From: Auanema rhodensis
Taxonomy: Eukaryota > Animalia > Nematoda
Assembly (NCBI GenBank): GCA_964057225.1
Contig: OZ059897.1
Span: forward strand, 19,840,001-19,904,000
Direction of reading: 5' to 3'
DNA: 64,000 nucleotides
The position numbers and the translations under genes are program-made. This document shows, in pieces, positions 1 to 10,882 of the stretch (position 1 is its first letter; each line of letters starts with the position of its first letter). The notes below the pieces were generated by a model, which had not been told where the DNA came from, made no database searches, and saw only the letters and a program-made list of their open reading frames with translations.

Positions 1-92
1 CTTAAAAATCCGCATCGAATGCACTATACTACATTGAGAAACGCTTAATACAAAAATTAGTTATGATCGTTTGAAAAATGATGCATTAGTGT

Positions 93-120
93 ATGTTGAG
101 TTTCCATGTACACTCAACAT
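93..120. other. 9-bp perfect inverted repeat with 10-nt loop, present in every monomer (example copy)
   Basis: ATGTTGAGT (93-101) is the reverse complement of ACTCAACAT (112-120). Confidence 0.9.
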
Positions 121-133
121 TGCTTCCAAAAAC

Positions 134-168
134 ATTTTGACAAAAATTTTTTCGAAAAATTTCAAAAT
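134..168. other. A/T-tract imperfect palindrome centred on a CpG (example copy)
   Basis: The perfect core TTTTTCGAAAAA (148-159) is flanked by ATTTTGA (134-140) and TCAAAAT (162-168). Confidence 0.8.
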
Positions 169-1004
169 AATTTAGCAAAAAGTAGATGTTTTAAGATTCA
201 ATTTTTCAAGGCAAAGACGATGGACAATGTTATTCAACGAAAAAATTATTTCTTCAGGGTGAAAATCGAGGATATATGTGTGAACTTATATCAGTTGATA
301 TCTCGGTGCATTTTCAAGCTAGCGCAAATCTGATAACACAGATCGACGCAGCTTAAAAATCCGCATCGAATGCACTATACTACATTGAGAAACGCTTAAT
401 ACAAAAATTAGTTATGATCGTTTGAAAAATGATGCATTAGTGTATGTTGAGTTTCCATGTACACTCAACATTGCTTCCAAAAACATTTTGACAAAAATTT
501 TTTCGAAACATTTCAAAATAATTTAGCAAAAAGTAGATGTTTTTAGATTCCATTTCTCAAGGCAAAGACGATAGACAATGTTATTCAACGAAAAAATTAA
601 TTCTTCAGGGTGAAAATCGAGGATATATGTGTGAACTTATATCAGTTGATATCTCGGTGCATTTTTAAGCTAGCGCAAATCTGATAACACAGATCGACGC
701 AGCTTGAAAATCCGCATCGAATGCACTATACTACATTGAGAAACGCTTAATACAAAAATTAGTTATGATCGTTTGAAAAATGATGCATTAGTGTATGTTG
801 AGTTTCCATGTACACTCAACATTGCTTCCAAAAACATTTTGACAAAAATTTTTTCGAAAAATTTCAAAATAATTTAGCAAAAAGTAGATGTTTTTAGATT
901 CCATTTTTCAAGGCAAAGACGATGGACAATGTTATTCAACGAAAAAATTATTTCTTCAGGGTGAAAATCGAGGATATATGTGTGAACTTATATCAGTTGA
1001 TATC

Positions 1005-1071
1005 TCGGTGCATTTTTAAGCTAGCGCAAATCTGATAACACAGATCGACGCAGCTTAAAAATCCGCATCGA
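1005..1071. other. Long imperfect inverted repeat spanning each monomer junction (example copy)
   Basis: TCGGTGC-ATTTTTAAGCT-a-GCG-caa-ATCTG-ataaca-CAGAT-cga-CGC-AGCTTAAAAAT-cc-GCATCGA. It has perfect 11-bp arms at 1012-1022 and 1052-1062, inner 3-bp and 5-bp stems, and an outer 7-bp stem with one G-T pair. Confidence 0.9.
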
Positions 1072-1323
1072 ATGCACTATACTACATTGAGAAACGCTTA
1101 ATACAAAAATTAGTTATGATCGTTTGAAAAATGATGCATTAGTGTATGTTGAGTTTCCATGTACACTCAACATTGCTTCCAAAAACATTTTGACAAAAAT
1201 TTTTTCGAAAAATTTCAAAATAATTTAGCAAAAAGTAGATGTTTTAAGATTCAATTTTTCAAGGCAAAGACGATGGACAATGTTATTCAACGAAAAAATT
1301 AATTCTTCAGGGTGAAAATCGAG

Positions 1324-1345
1324 GATATAAGTGTGAACTTATATC
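1324..1345. other. 9-bp perfect inverted repeat with 4-nt loop in the common monomer type (example copy)
   Basis: GATATAAGT-GTGA-ACTTATATC. The loop variant GTAA occurs at, for example, 44505-44526. Confidence 0.85.
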
Positions 1346-4300
1346 AGTTGATATCTCGGTGCATTTTTAAGCTAGCGCAAATCTGATAACACAGATCGAC
1401 GCAGCTTAAAAATCCGCATCGAATGCACTATACTACATTGAGAAACGCTTAATACAAAAATTAGTTATGATCGTTTGAAAAATGATGCATTAGTGTATGT
1501 TGAGTTTCCATGTACACTCAACATTGCTTCCAAAAACATTTTGACAAAAATTTTTTCGAAAAATTTCAAAATAATTTAGCAAAAAGTAGATGTTTTTAGA
1601 TTCCATTTTTCAAGGCAAAGACGATGGACAATGTTATTCAACGAAAAAATTATTTCTTCAGGGTGAAAATCGAGGATATATGTGTGAACTTATATCAGTT
1701 GATATCTCGGTGCATTTTTAAGCTAGCGCAAATCTGATAACACAGATCGACGCAGCTTAAAAATCCGCATCGAATGCACTATACTACATTGAGAAACGCT
1801 TAATACAAAAATTAGTTATGATCGTTTGAAAAATGATGCATTAGTGTATGTTGAGTTTCCATGTACACTCAACATTGCTTCCAAAAACATTTTGACAAAA
1901 ATTTTTTCGAAAAATTTCAAAATAATTTAGCAAAAAGTAGATGTTTTAAGATTCAATTTTTCAAGGCAAAGACGATGGACAATGTTATTCAACGAAAAAA
2001 TTAATTCTTCAGGGTGAAAATCGAGGATATAAGTGTGAACTTATATCAGTTGATATCTCGGTGCATTTTTAAGCTAGCGCAAATCTGATAACACAGATCG
2101 ACGCAGCTTAAAAATCCGCATCGAATGCACTATACTACATTGAGAAACGCTTAATACAAAAATTAGTTATGATCGTTTGAAAAATGATGCATTAGTGTAT
2201 GTTGAGTTTCCATGTACACTCAACATTGCTTCCAAAAACATTTTGACAAAAATTTTTTCGAAAAATTTCAAAATAATTTAGCAAAAAGTAGATGTTTTAA
2301 GATTCAATTTTTCAAGGCAAAGACGATGGACAATGTTATTCAACGAAAAAATTATTTCTTCAGGGTGAAAATCGAGGATATATGTGTGAACTTATATCAG
2401 TTGATATCTCGGTGCATTTTCAAGCTAGCGCAAATCTGATAACACAGATCGACGCAGCTTAAAAATCCGCATCGAATGCACTATACTACATTGAGAAACG
2501 CTTAATACAAAAATTAGTTATGATCGTTTGAAAAATGATGCATTAGTGTATGTTGAGTTTCCATGTACACTCAACATTGCTTCCAAAAACATTTTGACAA
2601 AAATTTTTTCGAAACATTTCAAAATAATTTAGCAAAAAGTAGATGTTTTTAGATTCCATTTCTCAAGGCAAAGACGATAGACAATGTTATTCAACGAAAA
2701 AATTAATTCTTCAGGGTGAAAATCGAGGATATATGTGTGAACTTATATCAGTTGATATCTCGGTGCATTTTTAAGCTAGCGCAAATCTGATAACACAGAT
2801 CGACGCAGCTTAAAAATCCGCATCGAATGCACTATACTACATTGAGAAACGCTTAATACAAAAATTAGTTATGATCGTTTGAAAAATGATGCATTAGTGT
2901 ATGTTGAGTTTCCATGTACACTCAACATTGCTTCCAAAAACATTTTGACAAAAATTTTTTCGAAAAATTTCAAAATAATTTAGCAAAAAGTAGATGTTTT
3001 AAGATTCAATTTTTCAAGGCAAAGACGATGGACAATGTTATTCAACGAAAAAATTAATTCTTCAGGGTGAAAATCGAGGATATAAGTGTGAACTTATATC
3101 AGTTGATATCTCGGTGCATTTTTAAGCTAGCGCAAATCTGATAACACAGATCGACGCAGCTTAAAAATCCGCATCGAATGCACTATACTACATTGAAAAA
3201 CGCTTGATACAAAAATTAGTTATGATCGTTTGAAAAATGATGCATTAGTGTATGTTGAGTTTCCATGTACACTCAACATTGCTTCCAAAAACATTTTGAC
3301 AAAAATTTTTTCGAAAAATTTCAAAATAATTTAGCAAAAAGTAGATGTTTTAAGATTCAATTTTTCAAGGCAAAGACGATGGACAATGTTATTCAACGAA
3401 AAAATTATTTCTTCAGGGTGAAAATCGAGGATATATGTGTGAACTTATATCAGTTGATATCTCGGTGCATTTTTAAGCTAGCGCAAATCTGATAACACAG
3501 ATCGACGCAGCTTAAAAATCCGCATCGAATGCACTATACTACATTGAGAAACGCTTAATACAAAAATTAGTTATGATCGTTTGAAAAATGATGCATTAGT
3601 GTATGTTGAGTTTCCATGTACACTCAACATTGCTTCCAAAAACATTTTGACAAAAATTTTTTCGAAAAATTTCAAAATAATTTAGCAAAAAGTAGATGTT
3701 TTAAGATTCAATTTTTCAAGGCAAAGACGATGGACAATGTTATTCAACGAAAAAATTAATTCTTCAGGGTGAAAATCGAGGATATAAGTGTGAACTTATA
3801 TCAGTTGATATCTCGGTGCATTTTTAAGCTAGCGCAAATCTGATAACACAGATCGACGCAGCTTAAAAATCCGCATCGAATGCACTATACTACATTGAGA
3901 AACGCTTAATACAAAAATTAGTTATGATCGTTTGAAAAATGATGCATTAGTGTATGTTGAGTTTCCATGTACACTCAACATTGCTTCCAAAAACATTTTG
4001 ACAAAAATTTTTTCGAAAAATTTCAAAATAATTTAGCAAAAAGTAGATGTTTTAAGATTCAATTTTTCAAGGCAAAGACGATGGACAATGTTATTCAACG
4101 AAAAAATTATTTCTTCAGGGTGAAAATCGAGGATATATGTGTGAACTTATATCAGTTGATATCTCGGTGCATTTTCAAGCTAGCGCAAATCTGATAACAC
4201 AGATCGACGCAGCTTAAAAATCCGCATCGAATGCACTATACTACATTGAGAAACGCTTAATACAAAAATTAGTTATGATCGTTTGAAAAATGATGCATTA

Positions 4301-7300
4301 GTGTATGTTGAGTTTCCATGTACACTCAACATTGCTTCCAAAAACATTTTGACAAAAATTTTTTCGAAACATTTCAAAATAATTTAGCAAAAAGTAGATG
4401 TTTTTAGATTCCATTTCTCAAGGCAAAGACGATAGACAATGTTATTCAACGAAAAAATTAATTCTTCAGGGTGAAAATCGAGGATATATGTGTGAACTTA
4501 TATCAGTTGATATCTCGGTGCATTTTTAAGCTAGCGCAAATCTGATAACACAGATCGACGCAGCTTAAAAATCCGCATCGAATGCACTATACTACATTGA
4601 GAAACGCTTAATACAAAAATTAGTTATGATCGTTTGAAAAATGATGCATTAGTGTATGTTGAGTTTCCATGTACACTCAACATTGCTTCCAAAAACATTT
4701 TGACAAAAATTTTTTCGAAAAATTTCAAAATAATTTAGCAAAAAGTAGATGTTTTAAGATTCAATTTTTCAAGGCAAAGACGATGGACAATGTTATTCAA
4801 CGAAAAAATTAATTCTTCAGGGTGAAAATCGAGGATATAAGTGTGAACTTATATCAGTTGATATCTCGGTGCATTTTTAAGCTAGCGCAAATCTGATAAC
4901 ACAGATCGACGCAGCTTAAAAATCCGCATCGAATGCACTATACTACATTGAAAAACGCTTGATACAAAAATTAGTTATGATCGTTTGAAAAATGATGCAT
5001 TAGTGTATGTTGAGTTTCCATGTACACTCAACATTGCTTCCAAAAACATTTTGACAAAAATTTTTTCGAAAAATTTCAAAATAATTTAGCAAAAAGTAGA
5101 TGTTTTAAGATTCAATTTTTCAAGGCAAAGACGATGGACAATGTTATTCAACGAAAAAATTATTTCTTCAGGGTGAAAATCGAGGATATATGTGTGAACT
5201 TATATCAGTTGATATCTCGGTGCATTTTTAAGCTAGCGCAAATCTGATAACACAGATCGACGCAGCTTAAAAATCCGCATCGAATGCACTATACTACATT
5301 GAGAAACGCTTAATACAAAAATTAGTTATGATCGTTTGAAAAATGATGCATTAGTGTATGTTGAGTTTCCATGTACACTCAACATTGCTTCCAAAAACAT
5401 TTTGACAAAAATTTTTTCGAAAAATTTCAAAATAATTTAGCAAAAAGTAGATGTTTTTAGATTCCTTTTTTCAAGGCAAAGACGATGGACAATGTTATTC
5501 AACGAAAAAATTATTTCTTCAGGGTGAAAATCGAGGATATAAGTGTGAACTTATATCAGTTGATATCTCGGTGCATTTTTAAGCTAGCGCAAATCTGATA
5601 ACACAGATCGACGCAGCTTGAAAATCCGCATCGAATGCACTATACTACATTGAGAAACGCTTAATACAAAAATTAGTTATGATCGTTTGAAAAATGATGC
5701 ATTAGTGTATGTTGAGTTTCCATGTACACTCAACATTGCTTCCAAAAACATTTTGACAAAAATTTTTTCGAAAAATTTCAAAATAATTTAGCAAAAAGTA
5801 GATGTTTTTAGATTCCATTTTTCAAGGCAAAGACGATGGACAATGTTATTCAACGAAAAAATTATTTCTTCAGGGTGAAAATCGAGGATATATGTGTGAA
5901 CTTATATCAGTTGATATCTCGGTGCATTTTTAAGCTAGCGCAAATCTGATAACACAGATCGACGCAGCTTAAAAATCCGCATCGAATGCACTATACTACA
6001 TTGAGAAACGCTTAATACAAAAATTAGTTATGATCGTTTGAAAAATGATGCATTAGTGTATGTTGAGTTTCCATGTACACTCAACATTGCTTCCAAAAAC
6101 ATTTTGACAAAAATTTTTTCGAAAAATTTCAAAATAATTTAGCAAAAAGTAGATGTTTTAAGATTCAATTTTTCAAGGCAAAGACGATGGACAATGTTAT
6201 TCAACGAAAAAATTAATTCTTCAGGGTGAAAATCGAGGATATAAGTGTGAACTTATATCAGTTGATATCTCGGTGCATTTTTAAGCTAGCGCAAATCTGA
6301 TAACACAGATCGACGCAGCTTAAAAATCCGCATCGAATGCACTATACTACATTGAGAAACGCTTAATACAAAAATTAGTTATGATCGTTTGAAAAATGAT
6401 GCATTAGTGTATGTTGAGTTTCCATGTACACTCAACATTGCTTCCAAAAACATTTTGACAAAAATTTTTTCGAAAAATTTCAAAATAATTTAGCAAAAAG
6501 TAGATGTTTTAAGATTCAATTTTTCAAGGCAAAGACGATGGACAATGTTATTCAACGAAAAAATTATTTCTTCAGGGTGAAAATCGAGGATATATGTGTG
6601 AACTTATATCAGTTGATATCTCGGTGCATTTTTAAGCTAGCGCAAATCTGATAACACAGATCGACGCAGCTTAAAAATCCGCATCGAATGCACTATACTA
6701 CATTGAGAAACGCTTAATACAAAAATTAGTTATGATCGTTTGAAAAATGATGCATTAGTGTATGTTGAGTTTCCATGTACACTCAACATTGCTTCCAAAA
6801 ACATTTTGACAAAAATTTTTTCGAAAAATTTCAAATTAATTTAGCAAAAAGTAGATGTTTTAAGATTCAATTTTTCAAGGCAAAGACGATGGACAATGTT
6901 ATTCAACGAAAAAATTAATTCTTCAGGGTGAAAATCGAGGATATAAGTGTGAACTTATATCAGTTGATATCTCGGTGCATTTTTAAGCTAGCGCAAATCT
7001 GATAACACAGATCGACGCAGCTTAAAAATCCGCATCGAATGCACTATACTACATTGAGAAACGCTTAATACAAAAATTAGTTATGATCGTTTGAAAAATG
7101 ATGCATTAGTGTATGTTGAGTTTCCATGTACACTCAACATTGCTTCCAAAAACATTTTGACAAAAATTTTTTCGAAAAATTTCAAAATAATTTAGCAAAA
7201 AGTAGATGTTTTAAGATTCAATTTTTCAAGGCAAAGACGATGGACAATGTTATTCAACGAAAAAATTATTTCTTCAGGGTGAAAATCGAGGATATATGTG

Positions 7301-10300
7301 TGAACTTATATCAGTTGATATCTCGGTGCATTTTTAAGCTAGCGCAAATCTGATAACACAGATCGACGCAGCTTAAAAATCCGCATCGAATGCACTATAT
7401 TACATTGAGAAACGCTTAATACAAAAATTAGTTATGATCGTTTGAAAAATGATGCATTAGTGTATGTTGAGTTTCCATGTACACTCAACATTGCTTCCAA
7501 AAACATTTTGACAAAAATTTTTTCGAAAAATTTCAAAATAATTTAGCAAAAAGTAGATGTTTTTAGATTCCTTTTTTCAAGGCAAAGACGATGGACAATG
7601 TTATTCAACGAAAAAATTAATTCTTCAGGGTGAAAATCGGGTATATATGTGTGAACTTATATCAGTTGATATCTCGGTGCATTTTTAAGCTAGCGCAAAT
7701 CTGATAACACAGATCGACGCAGCTTGAAAATCCGCATCGAATGCACTATACTACATTGAGAAACGCTTAATACAAAAATTAGTTATGATCGTTTGAAAAA
7801 TGATGCATTAGTGTATGTTGAGTTTCCATGTACACTCAACATTGCTTCCAAAAACATTTTGACAAAAATTTTTTCGAAAAATTTCAAAATAATTTAGCAA
7901 AAAGTAGATGTTTTTAGATTCCATTTTTCAAGGCAAAGACGATGGACAAGGTTCTTCAACGAAAAAATTAATTCTTCAGGATGAAAATCGAAGATATAAG
8001 TGTGAACTTATATAAGTTGATATCTCGGTGCATTTTTAAGCTAGCGCAAATCTGATAACACAGATCGACGCAGCTTAAAAATCCGCATCGAATGCACTAT
8101 ACTACATTGAGAAACGCTTGATACAAAAATTAGTTATGATCGTTTGAAAAATGATGCATTAGTGTATGTTGAGTTTCCATGTACACTCAACATTGCTTCC
8201 AAAAACATTTTGACAAAAATTTTTTCGAAAAATTTCAAAATAATTTAGCAAAAAGTAGATGTTTTTAGATTCCTTTTTTCAAGGCAAAGACGATGGACAA
8301 TGTTATTCAACGAAAAAATTAATTCTTCAGGGTGAAAATCGGGTATATATGTGTGAACTTATATCAGTTGATATCTCGGTGCATTTTTAAGCTAGCGCAA
8401 ATCTGATAACACAGATCGACGCAGCTTGAAAATCCGCATCGAATGCACTATACTACATTGAGAAACGCTTAATACAAAAATTAGTTATGATCGTTTGAAA
8501 AATGATGCATTAGTGTATGTTGAGTTTCCATGTACACTCAACATTGCTTCCAAAAACATTTTGACAAAAATTTTTTCGAAAAATTTCAAAATAATTTAGC
8601 AAAAAGTAGATGTTTTTAGATTCCATTTTTCAAGGCAAAGACGATGGACAAGGTTCTTCAACGAAAAAATTAATTCTTCAGGATGAAAATCGAAGATATA
8701 AGTGTGAACTTATATCAGTTGATATCTCGGTGCATTTTTAAGCTAGCGCAAATCTGATAACACAGATCGACGCAGCTTAAAAATCCGCATCGAATGCACT
8801 ATACTACATTGAGAAACGCTTGATACAAAAATTAGTTATGATCGTTTGAAAAATGATGCATTAGTGTATGTTGAGTTTCCATGTACACTCAACATTGCTT
8901 CCAAAAACATTTTGACAAAAATTTTTTCGAAAAATTTCAAAATAATTCAGCAAAAAGTAGATGTTTTTAGATTCCATTTTTCAAGGCAAAGACGATGGAC
9001 AATGTTATTCAACGAAAAAATTATTTCTTCAGGGTGAAAATCGAGGATATAAGTGTGAACTTATATCAGTTGATATCTCGGTGCATTTTTAAGCTAGCGC
9101 AAATCTGATAACACAGATCGACGCAGCTTAAAAATCCGCATCGAATGCACTATACTACATTGAGAAACGCTTAATACAAAAATTAGTTATGATCGTTTGA
9201 AAAATGATGCATTAGTGTATGTTGAGTTTCCATGTACACTCAACATTGCTTCCAAAAACATTTTGACAAAAATTTTTTCGAAAAATTTCAAAATAATTTA
9301 GCAAAAAGTAGATGTTTTAAGATTCAATTTTTCAAGGCAAAGACGATGGACAATGTTATTCAACGAAAAAATTATTTCTTCAGGGTGAAAATCGAGGATA
9401 TATGTGTGAACTTATATCAGTTGATATCTCGGTGCATTTTTAAGCTAGCGCAAATCTGATAACACAGATCGACGCAGCTTAAAAATCCGCATCGAATGCA
9501 CTATACTACATTGAGAAACGCTTAATACAAAAATTAGTTATGATCGTTTGAAAAATGATGCATTAGTGTATGTTGAGTTTCCATGTACACTCAACATTGC
9601 TTCCAAAAACATTTTGACAAAAATTTTTTCGAAAAATTTCAAAATAATTCAGCAAAAAGTAGATGTTTTTAGATTCCTTTTTTCAAGGCAAAGACGATGG
9701 ACAATGTTATTCAACGAAAAAAATTAATTCTTCAGGGTGAAAATCGGGTATATATGTGTGTACTTATATCAGTTGATATCTCGGTGCATTTTTAAGCTAG
9801 CGCAAATCTGATAACACAGATCGACGCAGCTTAAAAATCCGCATCGAATGCACTATACTACATTGAGAAACACTTGATACAAAAATTAGTTATGATCGTT
9901 TGAAAAATGATGCATTAGTGTATGTTGAGTTTCCATGTACACTCAACATTGCTTCCAAAAACATTTTGACAAAAATTTTTTCGAAAAATTTCAAAATAAT
10001 TCAGCAAAAAGTAGATGTTTTTAGATTCCATTTTTCAAGGCAAAGACGATGGACAATGTTATTCAACGAAAAAATTAATTCTTCAGGGTGAAAATCGAGG
10101 ATATAAGTGTGAACTTATAAAAGTTGATATCTCGGTGCATTTTTAAGCTAGCGCAAATCTGATAACACAGATCGACGCAGCTTAAAAATCCGCATCGAAT
10201 GCACTATACTACATTGAGAAACGCTTGATACAAAAATTAGTTATAATCGTTTGAAAAATGATGCATTAGTGTATGTTGAGTTTCCATGTACACTCAACAT

Positions 10301-10882
10301 TGCTTCCAAAAACATTTTGACAAAAATTTTTTCGAAAAATTTCAAAATAATTTAGCAAAAAGTAGATGTTTTTAGATTTCTTTTTCAAGGCAAAGACGAT
10401 GGACAATGTTATTCAACGAAAAAATTAATTCTTCAGGGTGAAAATCGAGGATATAAGTGTGAACTTATAAAAGTTGATATCTCGGTGCATTTTTAAGCTA
10501 GCGCAAATCTGATAACACAGATCGACGCAGCTTAAAACTCCGCATCGAATGCACTATACTACATTGAGAAACGCTTGATACAAAAATTAGTTATGATCGT
10601 TTGAAAAATGATGCATTAGTGTATGTTGAGTTTCCATGTACACTCAACATTGCTTCCAAAAACATTTTGACAAAAATTTTTTCGAAAAATTTCAAAATAA
10701 TTTAGCAAAAAGTAGATGTTTTTAGATTCCTTTTTTCAAGGCAAAGACGATGGACAATGTTATTCAACGAAAAAAATTAATTCTTCAGGGTGAAAATCGG
10801 GTATATATGTGTGTACTTATATCAGTTGATATCTCGGTGCATTTTTAAGCTAGCGCAAATCTGATCACACAGATCGACGCAG

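Larger units (their letters stand above)
1..351 (+). repeat. Reference monomer (arbitrary phase), AT-rich with many A/T tracts
   Basis: Hand count gives 110 G+C in 351 bp (~31%). A4-6/T4-6 tracts lie at p4, 52, 74, 128, 135, 142, 147, 155, 164, 177, 189, 202, 240 and 311. Confidence 0.97.
1..7371. repeat. Variant domain I: TTTTAAGATTCAATTT-type monomers with irregular 6-mer/5-mer periodicity
   Basis: A rare monomer (GAAACATTT, CATTTCTCAAG, GATAGAC) is marked at 509, 2615 and 4370, spaced 2106 (6x351) and 1755 (5x351). ORF-track pairs 2212/3967 and 3265/5020 are also 1755 apart. Confidence 0.85.

Noticed and set aside
225-241. CENP-B box-like motif (minus strand TTTCGTTGAATAACATT)
   Set aside because: It matches the left half (TTCG....A) but lacks the required CGGG. 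The ATCGGG variant elsewhere has the wrong spacing.
1-351. Internal ~175-bp dimeric substructure
   Set aside because: There is only weak similarity (GTTATGATCGTTTGAAAAAT vs GTTATTCAACGAAAAAAT, ~169 bp apart), which A/T richness can explain. It is not supportable by eye.
1-351. Assignment to a named satellite family (e.g. Drosophila 359-bp/1.688, or tenebrionid ~350-360-bp satellites) or to 5S/tRNA tandem genes
   Set aside because: The length and AT content are similar, but I recognise no sequence identity, and there are no 5S rRNA or tRNA motifs. A database search is required.
200-425. Hammerhead ribozyme (retrozyme-like satellite): CTGAAGA on the minus strand at 251-257, and CTGATAA ... GAAACG ... 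CGTT on the plus strand
   Set aside because: The minus-strand CUGAAGA has no credible stem II before the next GAAA and no stem I partner. The plus-strand motif is CUGAUAA, not CUGANGA, lies inside another hairpin, and lacks stem I. An Infernal search with Rfam hammerhead models on a dimer would settle it.
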